Position numbers and translations under genes: made by a program
DNA from: Thermoproteota archaeon
GTDB taxonomy: Archaea; Korarchaeota; Korarchaeia; Korarchaeales; Korarchaeaceae
Assembly: GCA_015522685.1 (NCBI GenBank)
Contig: WALU01000057.1
Span: 1-23,220, forward strand
DNA length: 23,220 nucleotides
Reading direction: 5' to 3'
The notes under the pieces: model-generated
The model's database searches: none
What the model saw: only the letters and a program-made list of their open reading frames with translations
What the model was told of the DNA's origin: nothing
Shown here: piece by piece, positions 1 to 8,587 of the stretch
Position numbering within the stretch: position 1 is the stretch's first letter
How the letters are laid out: each line of letters begins with the position of its first letter

Positions 1-75
1 ATTGGTTGGATGATATATAGGATCCTCCAAAAGCCCAGCTCTTCTCTCCCGTCTACAAACTTTCTATTTGATATG
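1..75 (-). pseudogene. Possible degraded N-terminus of an archaeal ATPase (ATPase_2/PF01637-like), running off the window
   Basis: Minus strand reads ..NRKFVDGREELGF.., resembling the FVDRExEL N-terminal motif of archaeal ATPases. There is no ATG and the match is short. Confidence 0.2.
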
Positions 76-142
76 GTTATATTCTAAAGTTTACTATAAA
101 TCAAAGATAGCTCTACTAAGAAAGTTTCTCTTTCTTTCCTTC

Positions 143-1252
143 TCATGGCCCTTTTATTAGGTTAAGAGCTTTTAAATTGATCTCCCTAAGCCCTTGGGGT
201 ATTGGCGCATATCCAGACACTATCTTGCTCTGCCCTTCCCCATTCACGTATTTAATAAACTCCTTTATCGCCTCAAGCTTGGCAGGATCATTGTACCTAG
301 TGTAGAAGAGGAGGTGGCTAAAGGATGCTATTGGATAGGAATTATCGCCAGGAGCATAGACAATTACATTCAGGTCGTTACTGAAGTCATCTAAGGGGCT
401 ATCTGGTAGGTAGGATAGAGCACCAGCTGCAGCCGCAGTTATGGTCTCAGCGCTAGGCCCAACGAATTTTCCTTCCCTGTTCTTTATTAGAGCAACAGGC
501 ATCTTCTCCTCCAAAGCAAAGGAAAGCTCAACATAACCTATTGAGTATTTGGTGGAGGTAATTACCTGGGCTATCCCTTGGTTGCCTTTCCCACCAACTC
601 CGTTGCCTATCTCATCTACAGGCCAATCTACTGTTTTTCCAACGAGGTCTTGAGACCATGTCTCTGGAGCTGCCTTATGAATGAATGTTGTAAATATTTG
701 AGTAGTACCACTTGCATCTGATCTATGCACCACTATTATCCTCTCATGCGGAAGTTTTATCCCAGGATTTAGGAAAGCTATCTTCGGATCATCCCAGTAC
801 TGTATTATAGCTGAGAATATTGAGGCTAACGCTTCACCATCGAGTTTCAGCTTCCTATTTCCCAGCTCAGGCAGATTATATGTAATTACAACTCCTCCTA
901 GGATATAAGGCATCTGAATGAGCTTCCCCCTCCATCTATACCACATAACCTTAGATACTGGTGGATCACTGCCAGCGAAGTCCACAACTCTGCTGAAGAA
1001 TTGACTCTGGCCAGTACCGCTGCCAGTTGGGTTATAATTCACAACTATGTTTGAATGCTCCTTATGAAAGTCAATTAACCAGCTAGCCAGCTGAGGATAA
1101 GGAAAAGTGGCTCCAGATCCCAAAAGCTTGACAATCCTGCCACCGCTCTGAGAGGTAGCTATTCCCTGGGATGAGAGGATCAGTCCTAGTATCGCCAATG
1201 CTGCCATAACAATCGAACTTACTATTGCCAGCGATTTCTCTATCTTTACCAC
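143..1252 (-). CDS. pstS: Phosphate ABC transporter substrate-binding protein PstS
   Basis: Motifs GSGATFPYP, YNPTGSGTG, DFAGSD, HRSDASGTT, GGKGN, IGYVE and YPIASFS; N-terminal TM anchor. Confidence 0.96.
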   Translation of the reverse strand: MVKIEKSLAIVSSIVMAALAILGLILSSQGIATSQSGGRIVKLLGSGATFPYPQLASWLIDFHKEHSNIVVNYNPTGSGTGQSQFFSRVVDFAGSDPPVSKVMWYRWRGKLIQMPYILGGVVITYNLPELGNRKLKLDGEALASIFSAIIQYWDDPKIAFLNPGIKLPHERIIVVHRSDASGTTQIFTTFIHKAAPETWSQDLVGKTVDWPVDEIGNGVGGKGNQGIAQVITSTKYSIGYVELSFALEEKMPVALIKNREGKFVGPSAETITAAAAGALSYLPDSPLDDFSNDLNVIVYAPGDNSYPIASFSHLLFYTRYNDPAKLEAIKEFIKYVNGEGQSKIVSGYAPIPQGLREINLKALNLIKGP

Positions 1253-1344
1253 TCTAATTCCTTCCCGTGAGGCATTATATTACTATGCGCTACGCTCATT
1301 AACTCAAGAGTAAAATATATAGTCTATAATGTAGATATATACAA

Positions 1345-2352
1345 GTGCGGACCAAGTTATATGTAAGGAGCTTACAGTTTACCGGAAGGACTACATACAC
1401 TATTTCGCTCCCTAAGGAATGGGTTCTATCTTTAGGGTTAGATAGAGGCTCCAAGCTATATGTAGAGATTATGTCGGATGGCTCTCTTAGGATATATACC
1501 AATCCTAAGAGAGGAAGGAGTGCTCTATCAAAGGAGATATCAATCAATGAAAGAAGCGATCTTGGAAGCCTTATAAGGAGGATAATAGCCGCTTACCTAG
1601 CGGGTTTCTCAACCTTAACGCTTAGCTTTGATCCTGAAAGAAGAGAATTCGCTAGTAAGGTAAGGGAAATATTGGAGTCGTCTATCCTTGGGTTTAGTGC
1701 CCTCAAGGAGAGCAAATCGACCTTTACTTTCTATTCGGTTATAGATGAGGAGAGCATGAATCTGAAGGATGCAGTCTTCAGGCTCTATGAGGATGTGTAC
1801 TACATGATGAATGATGCCCTAATGGGAATAAAGGAGGGGAATCTGAAGGTCCTGAGGGGAGTTATAGACCAAGATCAATTGATAGATAAGCTTTATCTGT
1901 TCGTGGCAAAGCAGCTCACCAGTATGCTCATGAATCCCTTCAGAGCTAAGGACTATGGGCTGGAGACTGCCGCTGAGGCTCCTTATCTCTTTCTAGCAGT
2001 GAAAGCCATGGAGAGGATTGCTGATCATGCCTCTAAGATATCCAAGAAATCAATATCCATCATATTAGAAGGTAAGGAGATTCCTAAGTGGGTAGTTGAG
2101 AGAATCGAGAATGCTATAGATCTATTTGACAGATCTGCCAAGGCACTTCTCAATCCTGAGAAAGATCTAGCATCTGAGGCAGCTAGAGCGATAGACGAGG
2201 CGTCTAAGGCTAAGGGCGGTAAGGAAGTAGATGAGCCAAGACTACAGATAACCTTAAACAGTGTTGATAGGATTTTAGGTTATAGTTTAGATATAGCAGA
2301 AGCAGTAATAGACATGCAGGCGATAGAAGAAGTAGTTAGAAATCTTAAATAA
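1345..2352 (+). CDS. phoU: Archaeal phosphate uptake regulator: N-terminal AbrB/SpoVT DNA-binding domain plus PhoU domains
   Basis: N-terminal RSLQFTGRTTYTISLPKEW (AbrB-like), RIIAAYLAG, DQLIDKLY and KAMERIADHA; divergent from pstS. Confidence 0.9.
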   Translation: MRTKLYVRSLQFTGRTTYTISLPKEWVLSLGLDRGSKLYVEIMSDGSLRIYTNPKRGRSALSKEISINERSDLGSLIRRIIAAYLAGFSTLTLSFDPERREFASKVREILESSILGFSALKESKSTFTFYSVIDEESMNLKDAVFRLYEDVYYMMNDALMGIKEGNLKVLRGVIDQDQLIDKLYLFVAKQLTSMLMNPFRAKDYGLETAAEAPYLFLAVKAMERIADHASKISKKSISIILEGKEIPKWVVERIENAIDLFDRSAKALLNPEKDLASEAARAIDEASKAKGGKEVDEPRLQITLNSVDRILGYSLDIAEAVIDMQAIEEVVRNLK

Positions 2353-2393
2353 TGAAATGATTAGCAAACCTTAGGAGGCAACCTAGGATAAAT

Positions 2394-2939
2394 CTAATGG
2401 AGGATAAACATAAATACGACCTCTAGAGCCCCTATCAAAGCCCCTAAAAGAGCGTCATTTAGAGATATATACTTCAGCTCCTTTCCTACTGCCTTCAAGA
2501 ACATTTCCTCAAATTCCTTGTCGTCCACTTCATCGAACTTCCTGAGTATATACTCCCTTACATCAATCTCATCCTTAGCTCCCCCTAAGAAGGAGTTAGT
2601 AACCCCGAGGAAGATATACCTCAGAAATGATTCAGTTATACTCTTTAACATAGGAGGAGTTAGCTTGGATACTATGGGAATGTTTCCATTGGCCCTGCTC
2701 TCAATAGCCTCCCTGACTATGTTCATTATCTCGTTCCTCGTTACAACTCTCTCCGAGATAACTGAGGCGATTCTCTCAGTTACGGCCCTTTTCTTCTTGG
2801 GAAATATCCCTTGTACTGTGATAGGACCTATTTTTATGGGATTTATTGGATGAAAAAGCATCCATATAGCGAGTCTATTTGCTATGTATCCTATGGCAGC
2901 GCCGAATGCCGAGCCTATAGGTAGAAGTGTCAACTCCAT
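2394..2939 (-). CDS. DUF445 (YheB-like) membrane-anchored protein
   Basis: GAAIGYIANRLAIWMLFHP...QGIFPK at the N-terminus and ELKYI...GALIG at the C-terminus. Start placed at ATG 2939, which follows a GGTGGT SD. Confidence 0.85.
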   Translation of the reverse strand: MELTLLPIGSAFGAAIGYIANRLAIWMLFHPINPIKIGPITVQGIFPKKKRAVTERIASVISERVVTRNEIMNIVREAIESRANGNIPIVSKLTPPMLKSITESFLRYIFLGVTNSFLGGAKDEIDVREYILRKFDEVDDKEFEEMFLKAVGKELKYISLNDALLGALIGALEVVFMFILH

Positions 2940-3151
2940 AACACCACCTATAGGGAAGTGAAGCAAGAGAGATATTAAATGAAATGAACGTGATCTTCCT
3001 AACCCACTTTAATGAAGCATCCTGTAAAAGAATCTTGCAACCACCTGTCTTATTCATGATAGGCTGTGCGAAGGTCCTACGCTGTACCTCTCTGAGAGTG
3101 CACGAAAAGCCTTTAACTGAACTGGCTAATTGGCTAGTAAGAGGTGTTTCC

Positions 3152-4825
3152 TTGGATCTAAAGTGGAGGAGTAGGGTAGTGACTGAAGGCCCTGAGAGAG
3201 CTCCTCAAAGGTCCCTCTTGAGGGCCACGGGTTTGAATGAAGAAGATTTAAAGAAGCCTCTCATTGGAATAGCAAACTCATGGAATGAGATAGTTCCTGG
3301 TCATGTAAATCTGGATAGGGTAGCCGAAGCTGTGAAGCAGGGAGTTAGAGAAGCTGGGGGTACTCCCCTCGAGTTCAATACGATCGCCATATGTGATGGA
3401 ATAGCAATGGGGCATGAGGGAATGAAAGCGCCCCTACCCAGCCGGGATTTAATAGCAGCCAGCATCGAGCTAGTAGCAAAGGCTCACGCCTTCGATGCCT
3501 TGGTTCTAGTTACTGCATGTGATAAGATCACTCCTGGTATGCTCATGGCTGCTGCAAGGCTTAACATACCTTCTATTCTAGTGAATGGTGGTTGCATGCT
3601 TCCGGGGAAGGTGAATGGAAGAGAAATGGCATTAAGTCATGTGTTTGAAGCTGTTGGCTGGTACAAAGCTGGAAAAATATCGGAAGAAGATCTAAGAAGA
3701 ATTGAATCTCTAGCAGTGCCAGGTCCGGGGTCATGCGCAGGCTTATATACGGCCAACACAATGGCCATAGCTTCTGAATCTCTAGGAATGGCACTTCCAT
3801 GGACATCCACTATTCCCGCGGTATCGGCGGATAGGATAAGAGCGGGAAGGTCAGCTGGTAAGGCTATAGTGAAGTTGCTAGAGAAGGGGATAAGGCCGAG
3901 GGATCTAATGACTGAGGAGGCTTTTAAGAATGCCATTAGAGTGGACGTCGCATTAGGGGGATCAACGAATGCCGTCCTTCATCTAATGGCCATAGCTCAA
4001 GAAGCAGGCATAAACCTCCCTCTCAAGATCTTCGATGAGATAAGTAAGGAAACACCTCACATAACGAATCTCAATCCAGCAGGGCCTCACTACGTAGTTG
4101 ACCTCCATTATGCAGGAGGAGTACCTGCCATATTCAAGGAGCTCTCAGATATGATGCACCTGGATCAAATGACTGTATCCGGCAGTACCTGGAGGGAAAT
4201 AGTTAGGAGAGCAGAAATCCTGAACAGAGATGTTATTAGGCCTAGGACTAATCCTTATCACAAGCAGGGAGGTCTTGCGATACTATGGGGTTCCTTAGCA
4301 CCAAGGGGTGCTGTAATAAAGCAGACAGCTGTTGATCCCAGTATGCTCTCCTTTAAGGGCAAGGCGAAGCCATTTGATTCCGAGGAGGAGGCTGTTAAGG
4401 CGATATCTGATGGAAGCATAGAAGAGGGGGATGTAGTTATCATAAGGTACGAGGGACCTAAAGGTGGCCCGGGAATGAGGGAGATGCTAACCGCTACTTC
4501 GATCATAGTAGGGATGGGATTAGACAGAGTTGCTCTCATAACAGATGGGAGGTTCTCAGGAGCAACGAGGGGACTGGCTATAGGTCATGTTTCTCCTGAG
4601 GCAGCTGAAGGTGGGCCCATAGCCCTTGTCGAAGAGGGAGATGAAATCCTAATAGATGTGCCTAACAGAAAGCTAGATCTCATCGTCGATGAGACTATAC
4701 TAAGAGAGAGAAAGGCTAAGTGGAAGCCTCCTAAGCCTAAGGAAGAAGGTTTCTTGGCTATCTACTCTCTCTTGGCAACATCGGCGGATGAAGGAGCTAT
4801 AATGAGGCCTAGATACGCCCTCTGA
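3152..4825 (+). CDS. ilvD: Dihydroxy-acid dehydratase
   Basis: Motifs [57 protein letters not shown] and GHVSPEA. Likely start is TTG 3152 after the SD GAGGTG (3141-3146), not 2984. Confidence 0.96.
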   Translation: MDLKWRSRVVTEGPERAPQRSLLRATGLNEEDLKKPLIGIANSWNEIVPGHVNLDRVAEAVKQGVREAGGTPLEFNTIAICDGIAMGHEGMKAPLPSRDLIAASIELVAKAHAFDALVLVTACDKITPGMLMAAARLNIPSILVNGGCMLPGKVNGREMALSHVFEAVGWYKAGKISEEDLRRIESLAVPGPGSCAGLYTANTMAIASESLGMALPWTSTIPAVSADRIRAGRSAGKAIVKLLEKGIRPRDLMTEEAFKNAIRVDVALGGSTNAVLHLMAIAQEAGINLPLKIFDEISKETPHITNLNPAGPHYVVDLHYAGGVPAIFKELSDMMHLDQMTVSGSTWREIVRRAEILNRDVIRPRTNPYHKQGGLAILWGSLAPRGAVIKQTAVDPSMLSFKGKAKPFDSEEEAVKAISDGSIEEGDVVIIRYEGPKGGPGMREMLTATSIIVGMGLDRVALITDGRFSGATRGLAIGHVSPEAAEGGPIALVEEGDEILIDVPNRKLDLIVDETILRERKAKWKPPKPKEEGFLAIYSLLATSADEGAIMRPRYAL

Positions 4826-5083
4826 ATATTATTTACCACTCCTCCCCCATTTTTATATACCAAGCTATACACCTATGAGTTCAGGATTACCCATGAATAA
4901 GGAAACTCCTGGTCATTCTCCAGCTACTTTACATAATATCAATATTATGTAAATTATAGTAAGGCTGAAATTACTGATTATCACCTCTATCGGAATCATG
5001 CGCCGATGAACGTGAAGTAGAGGATGATGACACTACTGGTAGAAGCGTTAACTATTTTTAGGAGTTTAGGTGTATTTGTGTTA

Positions 5084-5190
5084 GTGGGTACCGGGGGAGC
5101 TGGGGGGAGAACCCGGCTGAGAGGGCGGCTAGTCTGCCGCCGACCCCTCGAACCTGATCCGGGTAATGCTGACGTAGGGAGCGTGCCCGC
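5084..5190 (+). ncRNA. TPP (thiamine pyrophosphate) riboswitch aptamer
   Basis: Consensus elements GGGG...CTGAGA...ACCC...AACCTGATCCGGGTAATGC..CGTAGGGA. Stems: P3 agctggg/cccggct, an extra ggcggc/gccgcc hairpin, and P1 gtgggtac/gtgcccgc. It lies directly upstream of thiB, with a TATA-like TATTTTTA at 5053-5060. Confidence 0.93.
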
Positions 5191-5211
5191 GGCTCCTTAT
5201 GCTGGCTCAGC

Positions 5212-5233
5212 CTCTCCAGTGCCCGCTGGAGGG
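5212..5233 (+). promoter_or_regulatory. SD-sequestering hairpin (riboswitch expression platform)
   Basis: CTCTCCAG (5212-5219) pairs with CTGGAGGG (5226-5233), covering the GGAGG SD of the thiB ATG at 5241. Confidence 0.75.
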
Positions 5234-5240
5234 TAGCAAT

Positions 5241-6344
5241 ATGAGGTTAAGTGGTAAATGGATTGTGAGCTTAGCCATAATCGTGATAGTGGTTTTGGGT
5301 CTAGCTTACTGGGTTCTTACATTCCAGCCAAGCGGAGAGAGAAAGCTTGTGATCTATACATACGAAAGCCTCCTCAAGTGGGGCGATAATCCGAACGCAA
5401 CTAGAAAGGTAGTGTTCGGGGAGTTCGAGCGCAGATATAACTGTAAGGTGGAGATAAGGGAGTTCGATGATGCCAGAACGGCTCTGCTTGCAGTTATTCA
5501 GGAAAAGAATAAGCCGAAGGCCGACGTGATTATAGGCATTGATAACGTGCTCGTGCATGAGGCTATACAGGCTGGTGTGTTGGAACCTTACACCCCAGAG
5601 AACCTGAAATATGTGCACGATTGGCTCATCAAATCTCTAGATCCAACGCATCACGTTGTTCCCTATGATTATGGCCTCATAGCTTTAGTCTATGATAGTA
5701 AGAGGTTGTCCCCTGATAAGATGAAAGGTCTGACCTTCGAGAAACTGGCCTCTAAGGAATATGCTTCTAAGCTCATCTCTGAAGATCCAACGATCAGCAG
5801 CACGGGCATCAACTTTCTGCTATGGGGGATAGCCTACTACAAGATGAAGGGAGGTGACTGGAAGGATTGGTGGAGACAAGCCATGAAGAATGGGCTTAAA
5901 GTCGTGGGAAGCTGGGGAGATGCCTATGATATATTCTTGGATGAGAAGCAAGGAAGACCCGTTGTCGTTAGCTACGGAACGGATGGCGCTTACTCTTACC
6001 ATTTCTACAATGCGACGAGGTACAAGGCTGCTTTGATCACAATCAATGGGGAAGAATGGGGATGGCTCCAGATAGAGGGCTTGAGTATAGTCAGGAACGC
6101 TCCTCATAAAGAGTTGGCTGAGAAATTCGTGAACTACTTCCTGAGTAATGAGGTGCAGCAGTACATCCCGCTGAACAACTGGATGTATCCGGCAAATAAG
6201 AACGTGAAGCTTCCAGAGGAATATGTAAAGTACGCCCTGGATCCGACCAGGATAAAACTGTTCAATGAAGTACTGGCATCTGAAGAGGTGGGAAAGAATC
6301 TTAAGACATGGCTAGATGAATGGAGGAAGACTGTTGGATCATAA
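5241..6344 (+). CDS. thiB: Thiamine ABC transporter substrate-binding protein
   Basis: Motifs LVIYTYES, ADVIIGIDN, PYDYG, DPTISSTG, WGDAY, VVSYGTD, LQIEG and IPLNNWMYP; TPP riboswitch upstream; start ATG 5241 has an SD. Confidence 0.92.
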   Translation: MRLSGKWIVSLAIIVIVVLGLAYWVLTFQPSGERKLVIYTYESLLKWGDNPNATRKVVFGEFERRYNCKVEIREFDDARTALLAVIQEKNKPKADVIIGIDNVLVHEAIQAGVLEPYTPENLKYVHDWLIKSLDPTHHVVPYDYGLIALVYDSKRLSPDKMKGLTFEKLASKEYASKLISEDPTISSTGINFLLWGIAYYKMKGGDWKDWWRQAMKNGLKVVGSWGDAYDIFLDEKQGRPVVVSYGTDGAYSYHFYNATRYKAALITINGEEWGWLQIEGLSIVRNAPHKELAEKFVNYFLSNEVQQYIPLNNWMYPANKNVKLPEEYVKYALDPTRIKLFNEVLASEEVGKNLKTWLDEWRKTVGS

Positions 6345-6350
6345 TACTGC

Positions 6351-6378
6351 TTTTTCTTTTTATCTTTTCTTCTCTTTT
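6351..6378 (+). terminator. Archaeal oligo-T terminator after thiB
   Basis: TTTTTCTTTTTATCTTTTCTTCTCTTTT begins 7 nt after the thiB stop. Confidence 0.65.
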
Positions 6379-6520
6379 AGGGAGCTGATTCCGATGTAAA
6401 GTCTGCCGAGCAGAGAAAGTCCCTTGAGTTCGATTTAACTTTCTCTGAAAGACTCATCAGAACTATTTAGTTCTTTCCTCCTTTATGGCCCTTTTCTTCA
6501 AATGTACCGATGATTTGGCG
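6378..6520 (-). pseudogene. Possible RelE-like toxin remnant
   Basis: Minus strand reads VHLKKRAIKE/KELNSSD across a frameshift, resembling a RelE N-terminus; it lies just downstream of the antitoxin-like remnant. Confidence 0.3.
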
Positions 6521-6544
6521 TAATATGATCGATCTCCCTATTCA

Positions 6545-6710
6545 TCACTCTTCGGTATTTTTCTCAGCATTCTCCAAACTGATTAGTTCATTCTCGGACT
6601 CTATGGTTTTTATTTCATCAGAGAGGCTCATCTTCAGGCATTTCCTTCTCTAAAAGTAGTCTTATCATGAATTCTAGGGCTTCAAGCCCTCATAATCTCC
6701 TTTAATTCAG
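6545..6710 (-). pseudogene. Degraded RelB-type antitoxin-like gene
   Basis: Joined across two frameshifts it reads ELKEIMR/LEALEFMIRLLLEKEMPEDEPL/DEIKTIESENELISLE, matching the acidic 'EEP.xDEIxAI...LISLE' pattern of archaeal RelE-associated antitoxins. Confidence 0.45.
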
Positions 6711-6910
6711 CTGAAGTGGACTTTTCCTTTCAGTTAATGCTTTAACCATGAAGAGAGTTCTTCAGATATCTATAGAAGAAATTGCTTTGGAAGAGCGTAA
6801 GACGATATGTTCGAGTAAGGCCTAAAAACCTCTTTTTAATGGGCATGTCTTATTGTTAGGTGTTATTCATGCCAGTTTGCCTCTGCCAATGCCAAAACCT
6901 TAAATAAAAA

Positions 6911-6931
6911 ATCGTGTATTCAATACATGAT
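6911..6931. promoter_or_regulatory. Inverted-repeat operator at the vapB start, downstream of a BRE/TATA element
   Basis: ATC-G-TGTATT-C-AATACA-T-GAT is a near-perfect palindrome overlapping the ATG. AAACCTTAAATA lies at about 6895-6905. Confidence 0.6.
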
Positions 6932-7169
6932 GCCGAAAACTATAACCATATCTGATGATGTTTATGCCGAGCTATCAAAAATAAAGGGAGCAAGGTCCTT
7001 CTCTGAAATTCTCAGGGAATTACTTAAAGGTAAGAGAGGGAATCGATATGTCTTAGTCAGGCTCTTTGGAACGATGGATAAAGAAAGGCACGAATCGCTG
7101 AGGAGAAGCTTACTGGAGGTAGAGGAGGAATTTGAAAAGTGGGGTCGGTCCTTGACACGAATATCGTAA
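6927..7169 (+). CDS. vapB: VapB-family antitoxin (UPF0330/DUF217-like)
   Basis: MPKTITISDDVYAELSKIKG..SFSEILRELL signature; overlaps a downstream PIN gene. Confidence 0.88.
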   Translation: MMPKTITISDDVYAELSKIKGARSFSEILRELLKGKRGNRYVLVRLFGTMDKERHESLRRSLLEVEEEFEKWGRSLTRIS

Positions 7170-7532
7170 TTGAGATAAGCTGCTGGAAATAGAGATGTAC
7201 TGGATGAGGTCCTATCACTCGATAATATCTTCTACTTGACGACTATCAGCAGGTTTGAGCTACTGTTGGGAAATCTGAGCGAGGAGGAGAAATTCTGGAT
7301 TGAGCAGCTAAATAGCCTTCCTTTCGATGATAGCGCCTCCGCCATGGCAGCATATCTCTTTAAAGAGCTAAAGAGGAAGGGAAAGCCCCTATCTCTCAGA
7401 GATTTATTCATAGGGGCCATATGTATCTCTCAGGGTATGAGACTGATCACCATAGATAAAGACTTCAGGGCATTAAAACCCTACGGCTTAGATCTTTATC
7501 TAATTGAGCTTAGGAAAGGCGATACTAGTTAG
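7139..7532 (+). pseudogene. vapC: VapC PIN-domain toxin, frameshifted at 7177-7178
   Basis: GTG 7139 (SD GAGGAGG) gives MGSVLDTNIVIEI, then one extra A. The shifted frame continues AAGNRDVLDEVL...TTISRFELLLG...DLFIGAICI...LITIDKDF. Confidence 0.85.
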
Positions 7533-7558
7533 GATAGGATGAATAACGCTACATTGCG

Positions 7559-7744
7559 ATGAAAACCTTGAAGATTAAGCTTTCAGATCTGCTTGACTCT
7601 ATAGGAATAGGAGAATCGAGGACTTTGCAGATCTGCATGAGCTTAGGAGGGCCTTATATTGTATTATTAGTAGATATAAGAGCTGAAGGAGAAAACTCGA
7701 AGGTAGCAACTGCTGATGCCTCACCGGATAGTGAATGTCTTTAA
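7559..7744 (+). pseudogene. Possible fragment of a DUF3368-like PIN protein
   Basis: LLDSIGIGESRTLQICMSLG..IVLLVDIRA resembles the LxxGEAEAIxLAxE...LxDDxxAR pattern; the N-terminal DT motif is missing. Confidence 0.3.
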
Positions 7745-7766
7745 TGATTACTGGTACGATAGCAGG

Positions 7767-8519
7767 ATGAGGGTCAAGGATGTAGCTTCAGGTCTTCCGA
7801 AAACCGATAAACTCTATCTCAAGGATTCCTACCTAAAAGAAGCATATTCTAAGATAATAAGGGTAGTTAGGGAGAAAGGAAAGCGTTACTATTTAGTCCT
7901 AGCTTCATCGATATTCCATTCACTGGGAGGGGGACAGCCCAGCGATACTGGTATGCTATTGGCTTCAGGATTCAAGTTTGATGTAAAGAAGGCTCTGGAA
8001 AGCGGAGGAGTTGTTGTACTCTATGGGAAGTCCTTGGAAGGAGAGCCAGTAGAGGGGCTGGAGGTAAAGCAAGAGCTGAATTGGGAGAGGAGATATTTGA
8101 TAATGAGGCTTCACACAGCGGGTCATGTAATAGATAGAGCTGTATCAGACACCCTTAGAAACCGTATTGATACGATGGGAGCTTTACATGGACCTCCTCA
8201 TGCATATGTTGAGTATAAAGCTGAAATAAGCGAGGACCAGCTCATTCAAATAGAAGAACTCACTAACGATATACTAGATGACAGAGAAGTTTTGATAAAG
8301 GAGGTAAGACCTGAGGAGCTTCAAAATTACATATATGGAGCTCCTAATCTAGGAAGGCTCCCTGAGGCCTCAGTTTACAGGATAGTTGAGATCAAAGGAA
8401 TAAATGCGATTCCATGCTCAGGAACTCACGTTTCTAGAACATCGGAGATAGGAAGGATAAAATTGATGAGCGTGGATAAAGTAGAGGGAGGATCTCGCCT
8501 CTACTACGATGTGGAATGA
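7767..8519 (+). CDS. alaX: Free-standing alanyl-tRNA editing protein AlaX (AlaX-M type)
   Basis: LYLKDSYLKE, IFHSLGGGQPSDTG, and the zinc motifs MRLHTAGH (HxxxH) and PCSGTHV (CxxxH). Probable start ATG 7767. Confidence 0.92.
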   Translation: MRVKDVASGLPKTDKLYLKDSYLKEAYSKIIRVVREKGKRYYLVLASSIFHSLGGGQPSDTGMLLASGFKFDVKKALESGGVVVLYGKSLEGEPVEGLEVKQELNWERRYLIMRLHTAGHVIDRAVSDTLRNRIDTMGALHGPPHAYVEYKAEISEDQLIQIEELTNDILDDREVLIKEVRPEELQNYIYGAPNLGRLPEASVYRIVEIKGINAIPCSGTHVSRTSEIGRIKLMSVDKVEGGSRLYYDVE

Positions 8520-8587
8520 GATTAAGGTAAGGCAAGATAGGATAGGAAAGGAAGGAAGCGGAAGATTTAGCGCCCCAAAGCAGCTAA

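Noticed and set aside
2984-3151. 56-aa N-terminal extension of IlvD in the ORF track
   Set aside because: Homology begins at LDLKWRS. A TATA-like element (about 3106-3117) and an SD (3141) precede TTG 3152, so the extension is probably an artefact.
5000-5045. ATGATGA box-C-like motif at about 5024
   Set aside because: There is no suitably spaced CTGA box D.
5024-5236. 70-aa ORF upstream of thiB
   Set aside because: It is a translation of the GC-rich riboswitch and has no protein-like features.
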